A stretch of 64,000 nt of DNA. Source: Octopus sinensis. Its lineage: Eukaryota. The first letter of the stretch is position 1. The number at the start of each line of letters is the position of its first letter. Below are positions 13,290 to 27,890 of this stretch, piece by piece. Position numbers and translations under genes: made by a program. The stretch is taken from positions 35,836,001-35,900,000 of the forward strand of contig NC_042997.1 in assembly GCF_006345805.1 (NCBI RefSeq), in the 5' to 3' direction. Under the pieces are notes generated by a model. The model was not told the DNA's origin. It made no database searches and saw only the letters and a list, made by a program, of their open reading frames with translations.

Positions 13290-13620
13290 TGTCCAGGCAC
13301 CAAATTGTTTCTTTTGGCATGGTGTCTACGCTAGATGTTCTTCCTAATGCAAACCATTTCACAGAGTCTGCTGGGTGCTTTTTACGTGACACCAGCACAG
13401 GTGTTTTCTACGTGGAACCGAAACATATGCATTTTATGTGACACCAGAATGGGAGATTATTACGTGGTAAACTTTAGAGGGTACCGGCACGGGTTATTCG
13501 AAGTGGGCACTGGCAAGAGGGCTTCCTACATGACATTGGTAGTGCAACCGGCTTGAGTGTTTTTACGTAACATCAACACTTGGAGACTGCAGAGGAAGGA
13601 TCAATCGGCTGAGAGAAGGA
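13290..13620 (-). mobile_element. Decayed RTE/SINE-related repeat fragment
   Basis: Minus strand contains TGGTTTGCATTAGGAAGAACATCTAGCGTAGACAC, resembling the GGTTGGCGTYAGGAAGGGCATCCAGCCGTA motif typical of RTE-related elements. Confidence 0.4.
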
Positions 13621-13634
13621 CATGGCCTCAGTTG

Positions 13635-13695
<61 letters not shown>

Positions 13696-14495
13696 GTTTG
13701 TCTGTGTATTTGAGTTGCGTGAGTGGATGTAGACTCAATCACACATTTGCTCTCATGTACACGTTGCTATATATGTATGTGTAAGGGTATATTTAAGAGA
13801 TAAATGCATAAATGGATAGACGTGTAGAGAGTAATCGAAAGAGATATGAAAGGAGAAGAGTACTATATAGTCATTTGCTTAGAATTGTAGACACTAAAGA
13901 AAAATGTTATATGTTAAATGTAGAAAAGAGAGGCATTGGGGTAATAGATCTATGCATGGACTATAGAAAGCAAGAGATATCAATGCAACTGTGAATAAAA
14001 ACAAATACAAATAGAGGGGAATACATTGAATATGAAATTACAGAGTGAATTTACCTCGACACTAGACGTAATCTTTGTACTTCGAAAAGCAGTGGAGTAT
14101 CAATTATGGAGGATAGCATAAAGATTAGAATAAGTATTTTGTTTAATGAATAATAATAAATCGATAGCCTGCCAGGTTGTACGCACAGTTCTCACTGTTT
14201 ATTCGGAAACCGAAGGCATGTTTTAATTTAAGCGGTTGTAAGTGAATCAAAAAGTCACGTCACGCTCTGATAGGATTCAAAATAGTAACTCTCGTGTTGC
14301 GCTAAACAATATAACTCTTAACTTACTGTAGATTGTTTATAGAAAATGTTGTGATAAGTAGACAATTACATGAAACCTCACATTACAATAGATAAAAGCT
14401 ATCGTTAAGCTCGTATGTATAGGTTTTAAAACGAAGTTTTGAAAAAAACGCATTTCTATACATGTTTATTTTCGCAAAATACATATACGTATGTA

Positions 14496-14566
<71 letters not shown>

Positions 14567-14610
14567 ATTGTGTGTTTGAGTATGTGCGCGTATATATCTA
14601 TGCATATATG

Positions 14611-14641
<31 letters not shown>

Positions 14642-14705
14642 TGTGTGTTTGAGTATGTGCGCGTATATATCTATGCGTATATGATATATATATATATATA
14701 ATATA

Positions 14706-14802
<97 letters not shown>

Positions 14803-15375
14803 CCTATGCATATTCGCACATATAGCAAACACACGCATATATATGTATGTATGCATGTATGTGTGTATACACGTATATATACATGTATCCTCTAAGTTTG
14901 GACTTCTATCATATTTAAACCAAAAGCAGATTGTTCTTCATCTATAATTGCTATCATCATTAAAACAACAATAGGCCTTTGCTTCCACAAATATTTGTCG
15001 TATTTGACACACAGATATTTCAGAAAATTATCTATTCATAATGCCAACGTCAGACCTATATTGTTTATAGTCTATGATAAGAAGCCTGTGAAATACATAT
15101 GATCATTGAACTATATTGCAATAAAAGCATAATTCAGTCTGATTACATGTTATTATAATTTCGCAATTCCTCTGGCATCAATTTCGTTTAAAGCCTCAAT
15201 GATTATGTGATATGAGAAAACAAACTATATTGTATTGTGCATGTATTTTTCAATTCGCCTTGTTATCGTCTTTCCCATATATGTATACAAATCAAACACT
15301 AACACAACTTACACACACGCGCACAAGACCACATGCACACACACACACACATAATATATATATATATATATATGT

Positions 15376-15513
<138 letters not shown>

Positions 15514-16139
15514 CGTGTATATATATATATATGTATGCATATATATGTATATATTTATATGCATCTGTATATGTGTGTTCATGTATGAAGTATGATTGTC
15601 TATGTTTTCCATCACTTTCTCGAAAATGAATGTATATTTTCTATATCCCTCTAAAAGCATTTGTTCAGTATAATATTGACATTTTTCTCTCATCTTCTTT
15701 TGCTCAATTAGATTGTTGGTAAATGTTCTCCTGACATTACCTGCAATTTATGTGTATCGGCAATATAATTGTTTAATGATTATGCCATTACTTTCATCTA
15801 TTGTCTGGCTATATGGATGTTCGTGCTTAACAGTGAGATTCCTGTATTGCAGCCTATGTAGATTGCGCTTAGATGCCGCGGAAAGTCGTGTTTTTATTAT
15901 ATTGAATTCGTTTTTGTGAGGTTATTTTGATTTATATACCTACCTATCAACATACATACATGCGTACATACGTACATATACACATACGTACATGATACGT
16001 TCATACATACATATGTGTGTAGGTGGAGTGTTAAAGAAATTGTTATAAATTTTGGAATTTTTTGTTCAAATCTATACTTGCACATTACGTTTCACTCCAG
16101 TTAATGTGTAATCTAAATAATAATGGTCATTTATTATTA

Positions 16140-16248
16140 ATGATGATGGTAACAAAAACAACAACAGCAACAAAAAACAACAGCATCAATAATAATGATA
16201 ATAATAATAAAAATAATAATAATGATGATGATAATAATGATAATGATA

Positions 16249-16343
<95 letters not shown>

Positions 16344-16345
16344 CA
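16140..16345. repeat. Compound (AAT)n/(GAT)n microsatellite
   Basis: Direct reading; source of the poly-N, poly-D and poly-I ORFs. Confidence 0.95.
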
Positions 16346-16697
16346 TGATATTTTCTTTACAATAAAATTATTCAGTAGAAATAATTATTTATTTTCTAGC
16401 AGACACAATGGCTTATACTTACCATACATGATGGAAAAGTATTACACAACATATCTATATCTTGTCAATAGCTCCATTTATCTATCTATCTATTCATAGA
16501 CATGCACAAACACACACACACACACTTATGTATATGTATGTATGCATACATGTATATATATATACATACATACATAAATACATACATACATGCATAAATA
16601 CGTACATACATACATACATATATATTTGTATGTGGTGCACCTGAGCACTGTATACAATAATTTCATTATATTATTATATATATATATATGCACACAC

Positions 16698-16842
16698 TTA
16701 AGTGGTTGAGTGTTAAGAAGATTATTTGCCAGCCACATGTTTCGTTTTCACTCCCAATGCGTTGCAGTTTTGGCAAGTGTCAACTATGAAGACGGACCCA
16801 CCAAATCCTTGTGAGTTGATGTGATACCTTGAAACTGAAAAC
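16698..16842 (+). mobile_element. Degenerate SINE family C head
   Basis: Diverged match to 48687-48840 (GTGGTTGAGTGTTAAGAAG...TTGGCAAGTGTC...ACCAAATCCTTGTGAGT...GAAACTGAAA). Confidence 0.55.
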
Positions 16843-19560
16843 TATGAAAATGGAGACAGGAAATCTACCAATAATGTACATGGTAATGTGTAAAATATTC
16901 ATACACAGTACAGCTAAGCCAATTGACTCATGGGAGGAATGTTTAATGAAAGCAGCAGATGACTGGGTGTGTGACCCATCTATCAGCCGTTAAAAATGTC
17001 GCCCAGATAATCCTAAGCTTCTATATGCGGGATATAAAACAAATGGTTATAGGTTGAACTGACTGGCTCTCTTTTGTAACAAGCAGAATGGAAAACGTTG
17101 CAGTTTATGCATTAACTTAAAGGACCCTGACTTTAAAACTAAATTCTTACCATAAAGTTGCAGCGAGAATCATTTTGATCAGATGTAATGACAATAAATA
17201 TTCTGTTTAAAACTGTTTAAAAATAGAGCTATTAAAGAAATGGCAAAGGACTTGCGGAAGTGAATTTCGAGGAAAACTACTTGTCCCACACTGCACTGCT
17301 GTCTCAAATGGAAATGCTTATGGTATGCGAGATAATGCAAACATGATACAAGTTAACAACTTAAGACGTCGACAGAGTAAGGCAGCTTAGAGGATTTCAA
17401 AAGTGATGGTTTCCATGCATCTCAGAGTTATGTTCCGAAACGCTTGATTGAAAGAAGGTTCTTCTCTTAAAACCTCTGCTCTTCTGCTTATGCTAGAGTT
17501 TCTTAAACAGTACATATTTGCGTATGTGCGTTTGTGTGTTTATGTACTTATGTAGTCTCAGAAACATACTTTACAGACACTTCAATAACCAAATCGGTGG
17601 AGCATTTACTGTGTCTTATAATGTACTGGTGTATCTTAGGTAAGGCAATTGCAGTCTTGTACAGGGAAATAACACTGCCCCAACTGTTGTACTTCTCTTA
17701 ATTTTTACACTTTTCGTTTTTATTTCTCAGTTGTTAATTTCTCACGTGTTACTTTTATTTTTACTTGTTCATTTTCCGTCATATTCACAAGTTATTAACT
17801 TATACTAGCTTCTCTTATCTTCACTTAGCTGAGTGTCTCATGATTATCCTGATGCTATACCTCACTCACTCCTTTCACCTTTCAGTTTCTCAATCTCTCC
17901 TAGTAACGGCGTTACCCTGTTGTCTCTGAGTCTTATTTTCTTCTAACTGCGCTGTTGACAAATCGATATGTGTCATCTACCTCTCATCCACGTTGCTATT
18001 GTCTTCCTGGATTTTTCTACAAGATACATCTCCTATGCTATTTTTTCCCTTCTTTCCATGTTTTCTTTTTTTTTTTTTTGGATGTTGACACATGTCTAAA
18101 GATTTCTCTACATATCACAACTCTTAACAAACTATGTTTTTATTTCTCTACCGTTGTTAATGTTTGCTATATTATAAGCTTATGATTATTTTTATACGTT
18201 CCTCAAATCTAAATGCTTGTAGCTAAAGCTGCGCTCATCGCGTAAAATTGTTATGGTTTGTTTCTCGGTATAGTTTAGTTCTAATTTCTGAAATTTTCTT
18301 GATGGGGCGATCGTTCGTTTTTACCGTGTTCTTGGCTATATAAATCGTCGCATTTTTCCAACGCTGCCTTGTTGCATTTCTTCTAAGATTTCTTGGATGT
18401 AAGTGGAATACATCAAAATGCACCTTGTTTCCATTTGAGAGTACTCTGTGTGAAAACTCGGATGATACAAAAGATTTTCTTAGACAAATAAAATATCTTT
18501 TCTTTATCAAATGAACGGAATAAATACCATTGAAAACATTGGGATGTATTTAACTGCTAATGATAATGTCTGTCATAAAAATAATTATAGTTTTCCTTAT
18601 TGCTCACATGGGAATAAGACCACGAAAAATATTCAAGAACAGAACACGAAAAAAAGACTATTTTGAAGCAAGGATGGATTTTAATTTCACTAAAATCAAT
18701 ACATTGGAAAAAGCCAATAAACACAATAAACAGATTAAATCTTCAATAACACATGACAAAACTGCCAAGATATAATGAAGCACAAAATGGCAGTCAAAGG
18801 AAAGTAAGATTCGAGACGCTCAGTATACAGCTTTGAAGGCAAATAAATTGACCCACTTTTTCATGCAAAGTTGGTTTCGCATTTTTAGATTTAGCCAATA
18901 TTATGAATTTTACTACTTTCGTATATTCAAATTAGAATATACTTCAAATATGAATCGCTATAATCAACGAATACTACTCTCTTTAATTTGTGTATAAATG
19001 TGGCGCGGACTAGAAGTTTAAAAAAATGTTTTCACCTTTAACACTTAAATAGGTGTCACTACAAAATATAATGTGTACACAGCAATCACACTTCCATTAC
19101 CTTTTTTTTTACTTTTTGCACTCAGAGCTAACTCCTTCAGCCAGCAAGACATATGGCACTGGATTGTTGACTAACTTGTTACGTGGGGTTTATAATACGC
19201 TGGATGTATGCATAGCTGGTGCTCTACCCAGCAGATAATAGATACAACGAACATATTACACACAACAAATAGACTCAGTAAAAGGAGTTTCAAATATTTT
19301 GTTTGGGTCAATGCGCCTCGTTAATCACATAGAAAATACAAAATACACCAACAATGTCACACTGCGAAAGATTACGTAACATAATCAGATTAAGTGCGAT
19401 CTTTCAAATATAAAAGTCATATTAAACTGGAGAACTGCAAGAAATACATTAGAACAAATCTATTTAGATGCAACTGAGTGAGCCAGAGGCCATTTGAATT
19501 TACAGTTTTATAATAATATATTTACTGATGTAATAAATATATATATATTGCAAATATTAT

Positions 19561-20012
19561 AGGCTCAAGTATGGTTGTGTAGTAAGAAGTTGGCTTCCCA
19601 GTTACGTGGTTTGGGGTCTAGTCTCACTGCTCACTGACCGAGCCGACCAAAGAATTATGAGCAGATTAGGGTGATGTCAGCTGAAAGAAGCCCGTCGTCT
19701 ATATGTGTGTGTGTTGTGTATGTGTGTGTGTTGTGTAATTGTGTGTTGTGTGTATGTGTGCGTGTGTGTATGTGTTGTGTATGTGTGCGTTGTGTGTATG
19801 TGTGTGTGTTGTGTATGTGTGTACTGTGTGTATGTGTGAGTGTATGTGTCATCATCGATTGACAACTAGTGTCGGTGTGTTTACGTCTCCGTAACATAGC
19901 AGTTCAGTAAAAGAGACCAATAGAATAAGTGTAACGAGATCGATTTCTTCGACTACAAGCTCCTCAGGCTGGTGTGCCAGCATGGTCTGAGTCTAATGAA
20001 CGAAATAAAAAA
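19561..20012 (+). mobile_element. Diverged SINE family C with expanded internal (TG)n
   Basis: Head, GAAAGAAGCCCGTCG segment, internal TG repeat and tail (GGTGTGCCAGCATGG...AATGAACGAAA) are collinear with 48687-49105. Confidence 0.75.
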
Positions 20013-20488
20013 GAGGTAAACTATAAAAGATTACATAGAAACTACTAGAAAGAGGGAAAAGGCCGACTACCCCTTCATCGTGCATAACAAGAGGAAGATG
20101 AAACATAAAGCTGCTCCATGATATACAGATTAACGAGGTAAGTCTAAGCACTGGATTACAGAATCAGAGCTGAAGCAGGAGACTAAATGGTTTCTTCACT
20201 GCAGCACAGTCTTGGAAACACTAAGCAGAAAAGGAAATGCGATGCAGAAATATTCAGCGGAGTTATAAAGTTTCCGAAGTAACACTCAGCTACAAGGATC
20301 CTGGTTTCCCGGTTGTCGGCAACCAGTATAATTAAATGGAATCAGTAAAACGTATGGCAAAAATTGTATTCCAGAAAACGCACATACCGTATGCCAAATC
20401 ATATCACAAAATTCGCAGTCAAGGTAATTGGATGCATACTTATGTCAGTTACAGCCATTAATAATAATAATAATGATAATATATAATA

Positions 20489-20547
<59 letters not shown>

Positions 20548-21026
20548 TACATTATTTTGTCTTGGTATAAAAGATGAGATACAGCAAATATTCTGCTCAA
20601 TACCACAGATTTGCTTGTCAGTTGTTTGACCTTAACCAGTTGAGCATGTCCCTTAGTGGCTGACGATATGTGCATCACGAGCAGAAGTAGTGGGGGAGCA
20701 TCATAGCCATGTGTTGAGAGGGATTCTTTGGGGTTTGAATAATTCGCCTCTGGAAACATGGGTGGTTCTTTCAACATCCTTAAACAACCCTTATTCAGGG
20801 ACCTTTTGAGCGGGATGGGCTACTCAACCTGAAGAAAATTTTAACTGGGCCCCACCTGCAAGGTCACGTGCTGTTTATCTTGATATGAAATCACCATGTC
20901 GCGCACATATGGTTGTGATGCATGTGAATGTTGTACCCTTATCAGATGGGTAGTCATGATGGGTATATTGGGCTTCGTATATTTTACCCCAGTATCACTT
21001 TGATGGCATGCTCTGCTCTCTCACTC

Positions 21027-21028
<2 letters not shown>
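20548..21028 (+). mobile_element. Non-coding (TAA)n-flanked repeat (family T), 5'-truncated copy
   Basis: Closely similar to 60160-60647. Flanked on both sides by (TAA)n; ends CTCTCTCACTC(AAT)n. Confidence 0.85.
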
Positions 21029-21061
<33 letters not shown>

Positions 21062-21230
21062 GAAGAAGAGAAAAGAAGAAGAAGAAGAAGAAGAAGAAGA
21101 AGAAGAAGAAGAAGAAGAAGAAGAAGAAGAGAAGAAGAAGAAGAAGAAGAAGAAGAAGAAGAAGAAGAAGAAGAAGAAGAAGAAGAAGAAGAAGAAGAAG
21201 AAGAAGAAGAAGAAGAAGAAGAAGAAGAAA
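21027..21230. repeat. (AAT)n followed by (AAG)n microsatellite
   Basis: Direct reading; source of the poly-K, poly-E and poly-F ORFs. Confidence 0.95.
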
Positions 21231-21379
21231 ATGTGATTTTTGCTGCTTTCGTGTTTGCACACGAGCCGCAGCATTCAGGGTCGTTTGCTGGGTAAGTACC
21301 GGTTCATTCCTATTACGTATTATTTACGGTTCATTCTTCTTCCACCATTACCTCTAGGTAGGTACAGGTGATCAATGTC

Positions 21380-21730
21380 TGCTTTTTGAGTGGTGCATGT
21401 GCAGAGATGTTTGTATTTTTCTCGTCTTCCTGTCCAGGTGTGACAGTAGCTGTTCGACATATGCCACAATCAGCAATGCCCGGACACTAAACGAGGTCGT
21501 GGATAACGGTTTCGCCACATTGTGCGCACGTCGGAGTTTATCTCGAATAAGTAGCACCCGCTCCATCCAGTAGCACTGCCAGGCGAAGGACGTCCGGAAA
21601 TTATCCATGATGGTTTCCGACCGGAAAGTCCTGCAGAATAGACTAGCCGATTCGTTTTCGTTGGTACTCAGAGTCCCCTCGAGAAAGTCGTCACACTTAC
21701 CCCACCACTAATTCGCTATAAATTTCTAAA
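21380..21730 (-). pseudogene. Tx1/L1-clade LINE ORF2 C-terminal (zf-RVT) fragment
   Basis: MDNFRTSFAWQCY...RDKL followed, after a frameshift, by TCAQCGETVIHDLV*CP, the C..C..ET..H....CP zinc-binding motif of L1/Tx1 ORF2. Confidence 0.65.
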
Positions 21731-23233
21731 GCGGAACATCTACCGATCCCATTGCCTAAGTGGGTGGTAGAGGGCTGTGAGGGCCTGACGACAATGATAA
21801 TAAATGGTATATGAGGTTTCTGACCAGCTACTCTCACCAACAAATGAGAAATTCTCTAGATTATAACGGATCAGGAAATAGAGATAAACAGTATGCGCGG
21901 ATGGAAAACAAAAACGATCTGTATTATATATGTCTTGCTATTTTATTAAAATGCTGTTGTGTACAAGTACATTATGCAATATTTGCGGGTCACACATATA
22001 CACACTACTGTGAAAATAACACTAAATTGTACCTTGAACATATACGTAGAATATGCTGAAAGAAACTCAAACCTCAAAAACAGAACTATGCACCTAAACT
22101 GAGGGAAACAGCTCTGATCAATTATGGAGTGATAGCACAATAAGTTTAAAAGATCTAAGTAGTGATTATAATAATGATGATAGCATGTTGAAAAAGAAAT
22201 AAAGAAGAAAAATCGAAGTCCCATAATGATGAATATGGAATAAAAGGATATGTGATTTATTTAATACGTTTGTGTTCATGAATGGATACTTTCATTGTAT
22301 GAATGAGTTAATGACATGTTTTACTATCTGAAAGGCCATCGTTTTGTTTAAGATTTCCGTGAAAACCTGTTTGTTCAGATAATATACATAGTAGTGAACA
22401 TCGTGCAGTTTACTCTAGTAGTTATATCCTATCGATCAATATTTACAATAATAGTACGTAAAGTAGAAAAAAAGGGAACGGCATGGAGTCCATGGCTTGC
22501 TTCTAAGTGAAAATTAAGTTTATTTAACATGTAATGTATATATTCTTAATAGAAAAAAACCAATATATAACATTTATAAAGGAAAGGTACTAATTAGAAT
22601 TAATAAGTGATTATTTGATAATCACTTACAAGTGAATTACATGCTTCAAAATAGAGGGAAACAAAGCAATAACCATTTTGTTTAGAAATAGACCACTGAC
22701 ATAAAGATCTCGATGGAAACTGATTGATTACTGAGCGAAAAGCGAAAATGTATAAATATAAGTGAACTGTATGATGTAGCAAAACAATCTAATATCAAAA
22801 ACAATTATCTGCCATCGATTCAAGATATATATATATATATATACATGTACGTATTTTTGTATGATAAATCTATCGTTAGATCAATAAAATAAATAAACGA
22901 AGTTACATCGAAGGGAATAAGGATAAAAGTAACATTGCCAATATGAAATAAAGCTACAAATCATAACAGGCTTGCTAAAAAAAAAATATAGAAAAAGAAA
23001 GAGAGAGAAAGATTTCTGCACAGATTAATGCGAAGAGATTTTTAGAAACTACAAACATTATATCTCATCCACGCACAAAGTGTGAGCAGATATATAGGTT
23101 AACAAAATTCGTAAACCTTACTTCTGTGTTTGGAGTGCATGCTACTGGAGATTACGCAAAATGAATTGTTGTCAGTAACATATCAACATTCGGAATGGTA
23201 TATATGTATGTATGTGTACACATATTTTATATC

Positions 23234-23416
<183 letters not shown>

Positions 23417-23550
23417 TATACACACACACACATATATATGTGTGTGTGCATTTATATTATATATATATTATATACATATATACACACATATTTATGTGTG
23501 TGCATGTATATTTTATATATATAATATATACATATATATATATGCATATA

Positions 23551-23607
<57 letters not shown>

Positions 23608-23921
23608 TATATATACATACATACACACAGATTTATATGTGTGCGCATGCGTGAATGATGTCTATATATATATTTGTGTGTGTGTGTATGTATGTAAATA
23701 TATATATATATATTGTGCGGTATATTCTGTATGTGCACATACACAATACGTACATACATATATGTATATAGTGTGTTTGTGAATAGATAGACAAAAAGAC
23801 AGAGAGAGAGAGAGAGAGAGTGTGTGAGAGCGAGAGTGAGGAGAGAAAATGAGAGAGAGATTTTTGAATGTTGGAATTTTTCTACATTGAAACAGCGTAT
23901 GTAAGTATATATCAAAAATTT

Positions 23922-23960
<39 letters not shown>

Positions 23961-24169
23961 ATATATGTGTGTGTGTGGTGTGTGTGTGTGTGTGTCTTTT
24001 GAGTACTGACAAATAATTTTGGAGACTACATATACAAAGAAGGTTCATTTAAAACATGACAAAATCACTATTCTGCATCTTACTACAGGGAAAACAGCAC
24101 GTGCATGTTAATCAAGAATGATCAGTCAGTAGACAATCTGAGAGACAACGCAATATCTATAGTTAACAT

Positions 24170-24600
24170 ATCCTATTGTGTGGACGATGATATTATCATC
24201 AAATACATTTTTTTAAAATAGCTTCAAAAGCGGAAGGATTACATACAGAGACTGCACCAAGAAACGGACGAAAGAATGAAATAAATACGATTTAAATTAG
24301 TTAACTACAAGAATTAGCATTTATATTATCTTCACCAATACTGCTCATATTTTATATAGATTCTTAATACAAGAAATTCGAAACTGATCCAGATATTTTA
24401 CTGACTGGGAATATTGTTGCTCTAAAATGTATTCTCAACATGTGAATTGATAATAGATATCTAGTACATAAGAGTTTATGGAAGACTGCTAAATGCTCCA
24501 GCAAATCTTGCTTCTATGCATGTTCTTCATACTGTGTTCAACAATGACCCGTAGATATATGCTACCAGGAAACCAGTTAGGAAACCACCTAAAATACTCA
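24170..24600 (+). pseudogene. Possible piggyBac transposase relic
   Basis: Fragments CVDDDII..FKSGR..FKLVNYKN*HLYYLHQY loosely follow the piggyBac SIDESMI.FKGR...F.L.D...GY.Y.F..Y order; very decayed. Confidence 0.3.
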
Positions 24601-25030
24601 TTTACAAAACATTAGGTATACTTTACATCACGGAAAGTTATATGGAGCATCAGGTGAGCATCACTATGTAAAGAGATCATCGATGTTTGAAGTTGTGATC
24701 TTTGATCTTTCAAAGACCTGTACGTAAAAAAAAAAAATGGTGTCGAACACCGATTCAGTAGAGAAGAGTTCTTAATCTAACTTTATCAAAGGAATTATAT
24801 ACGAAGATTGAATACCTTCAATATTGCTATTCTATTGTTTGAATGCATAATGTAGAGTTAGTACTGGTATATGTTTAATTAGTTTATTAATGCCTACTAG
24901 CAGTAACCGTAGAAATTCCACTGTTATTTTGTAAATTGTATGATAGAATTGTATGCTTTCCTAAAAAAATTGCTTTTTGCGAAGGTGTAAAACACCACAC
25001 ATAACGAATCTATCTATCTATCTATCTATC

Positions 25031-25177
<147 letters not shown>

Positions 25178-26379
25178 GTCTTACTATCTGTTCTACTTAT
25201 AGTTCTATTGATCTCTATATCTACTCTGGCAATGAGGAAAATATTTTAAACAAAAAGAAAATATAAAAAAAGAAATGTAAGTAATTGCGGCGCCCCAATG
25301 TGGCCTTAGTCTTTGAGCTGCTACACATAAAAAAGGTAATAGAAACAGTTACAGGTATTTCTTAAGATTGTTTCATTTGATTGTCGATATACCTTATTAT
25401 GCGTCTTTCCATCTTTTATCCGTGAATGTATCTCAATCCACATAGATACCGCGGCAGATTGAAAATATAGAAACGGTTGAGCATTAAAACCTTTAACAAC
25501 AAATAAACTTTATCTTTTATGTCTGTCACAACATTCTGCTATAACTGTTTGTACTCAACACTTACTCATTCTCTTTCTCTCATCTTCTCCTTGCCTCTGT
25601 CGTTAAAATGTTTTGCTCTCTTTTTCTATCTCTTCCTTCAAGTAACCGTGTAATATAATAGCATTACCTTTCTTCTGCTTCTTACCACAAACTCTTTTTT
25701 CTCTCTTTCTATTTCTCATTCTCTCTTTCCTTCTCTACCTTGAAGTAACCTCGTGACAGCATAATGCTTTCGTTGGCAACAGCGTCACTAATTGCTCTCT
25801 TTCTCTGCCTCTCATTCTCAATGTAACTTTCCCCGTCGCTTTATGTATCTTTCTTTCTTAAACCTCACCACCATATCATCCTTGTGATAAATACTGCATT
25901 TCTAACTTCCTATATTCTCTCTTCAACAAACTTTTTAACCATACAATAACTCTTACATTTCCTTTATTTCACGTCGCTAACATTCCATTCTCCCTATTTT
26001 TTCTCTCGCACTTCGCCTCTGTCTTCAAGAAATAACATCACAGTTTAACGCATTCTGCCTTTGTGTACTAATATGTAGATGCTTTACTGACTGAAACAGA
26101 TTAGCACGTCACGGATCTCTTTGAATTTATTTAAATATATTATAGATTGTAGATGTTTATATTTCTAAAAGGAACTCCCAATGCTTCCTCAAATCGAGAC
26201 TTCCTCAAATCGATGAAATTTCGATAACCTAAAAAACATAATGTCCAATATTTAGAGGATGTTCAAGGTGAATTTTACATTCTGCATAAAAGTAAGATAA
26301 AACATCATATTATATCCGAAAATAAAAGTATTTAAAAAACAATTCGCTAAATATTAAGTAGGGTTGTGGCTAGGATATA

Positions 26380-27260
26380 GCAGTTTACTCAAAGTAACCT
26401 CATTCAGCTTAAACAACAGCCCAAAGATGGCTCTGAAACCGAGTGTATGTCTTGTTAATCGTGCCCCTTCAAAATTATTAGAACAATTCTTTCTTCATGG
26501 CCACCAGCTTGGCCTTGATGTTGCAGAAAGAGTGGTTGGTGCGTTTCTCACCGGGGCCCCACACATAGTCGGCGAAAGAAACAAACTCGAAATAGGACGA
26601 CTGAAGCTGTAGATATTCCTCGACAACCACCCCCTGGTTATATTTGGTGGAATGGCAAGCATCCGAATCCTCCTGCCGATTACATGGCATTGAGGCAGCA
26701 ACCATCTTCGGCTAGGGATGGACCAAGGTCTCCAGCAGCGTTTGGTAGCTATCTCAATTAAGGCAAAGGCCCTGTTTAAATTAGTGGTTAGTATGACATC
26801 ACCGTCACAGGAGACATACTTAAAAAGTATCGCAGTTTGAGAGAACTCGGTTTCTATGATACGAAAGATATCACATAGATTGTAGCCAAATATTGCTGTG
26901 GGTGTTATAAAACTAGACTTGGCAGACGTCATTTTCATCTGAGAAGAACTAGATCATCCTCGGTTCAACAGAATGTCTCAGTTTTTTCTTCGCGTTCAAT
27001 GAAGCGTTCTTCCTTGGCCGTGGCTGTCAGTTTTTTTCTCTTGCTCCTCTGGTACGAGTTGTAGTGAAGGATCCCTTTCAGGAGCATCATGGTTGTGACT
27101 CTAACATTCATCTCTTACACCAAACCATGAAATCCCTTGGTCGGATCTTCCATCACATTATCAGTTGCAGCTGTCCGTGTGACGTCCTACAGCCTCTGCA
27201 GTGTTTACGGACCATTGAGCAGCAATCATGAAGCCGGTATTTTGATACACGTCGGGAATC
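26380..27260 (-). pseudogene. Tc1/mariner maT (DD37D-like) transposase relic
   Basis: SCDGDVI..; RQEDSDACH (like WQQDSAPCH); DYVWGPGEKRTNHSFCNIKAKL; TRFQSHLWAVV*AE*GYFE (like RFRSRLEAVVEA.GGYFE). Related to 49110-49977. Confidence 0.75.
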
Positions 27261-27680
27261 ATTATGACACATGTAAATATTTTAAAGTATTCTGATGGCT
27301 TTCCAGTTCTCCATATCAGCTAACTTTTTGTCAACTACCAATTTAAACTTCATTCTCTTCAGCGCCTGTAATTGTTCACCAATTCGTAAAAGGAATCATC
27401 AATTAGTCTTCAATTTTTGCCCTAACATGCTGTATAGCTTTACCATGGGACTGTTAACAATTTGGATGGTCACCCATGTTATATACTTTAATTAGCATTG
27501 ACAAACTACAAAATATCCTAAGGAAATCAGCATTTCATTTTTGCACCTGAGATTAGTTTAATAACTATAATGCATTAGAAATATAAAATATAATTCATGC
27601 TTTACTGGAGCTGAATATTTGTCAAGTACGTTGACACGTCAGACGATAGAATGGTAATTGATATATTGGTATTGCAATAA

Positions 27681-27890
27681 GACGGCGAGCGGGCAGTATC
27701 GTTAACAAACCGGATGAAATGCTTAATCGTGTTTCGTTCGTTTTTACTGAGTTCACAAATCCACCGAGATCGACTTTGCAGTTTGTCCTTTTGGAGTCGA
27801 TGAAATAAGTCTGTTAAGCATTGGTGTCAATGTAAACGAATTACTTACTTCCACGATATTGCTGGCCTTGTACCAAAATGTGAAAGCAAT
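27681..27890 (+). mobile_element. Diverged SINE family B
   Basis: GACGGCGAGCGGGCAG...GAGTTCACAAATCCACCGAGATCGACTTTGC...GGAGTCGATGAAATAAGT...GCTGGCCTTGTACCAAAA. Confidence 0.7.

Noticed and set aside
17080-17310. Possible THAP-domain relic (..CSENHF..)
   Set aside because: It needs several frameshifts, and the match is too short to support.
20040-20330. Possible R4-like LINE fragment (WITESELKQETK)
   Set aside because: A single weak motif; it cannot be supported without a search.
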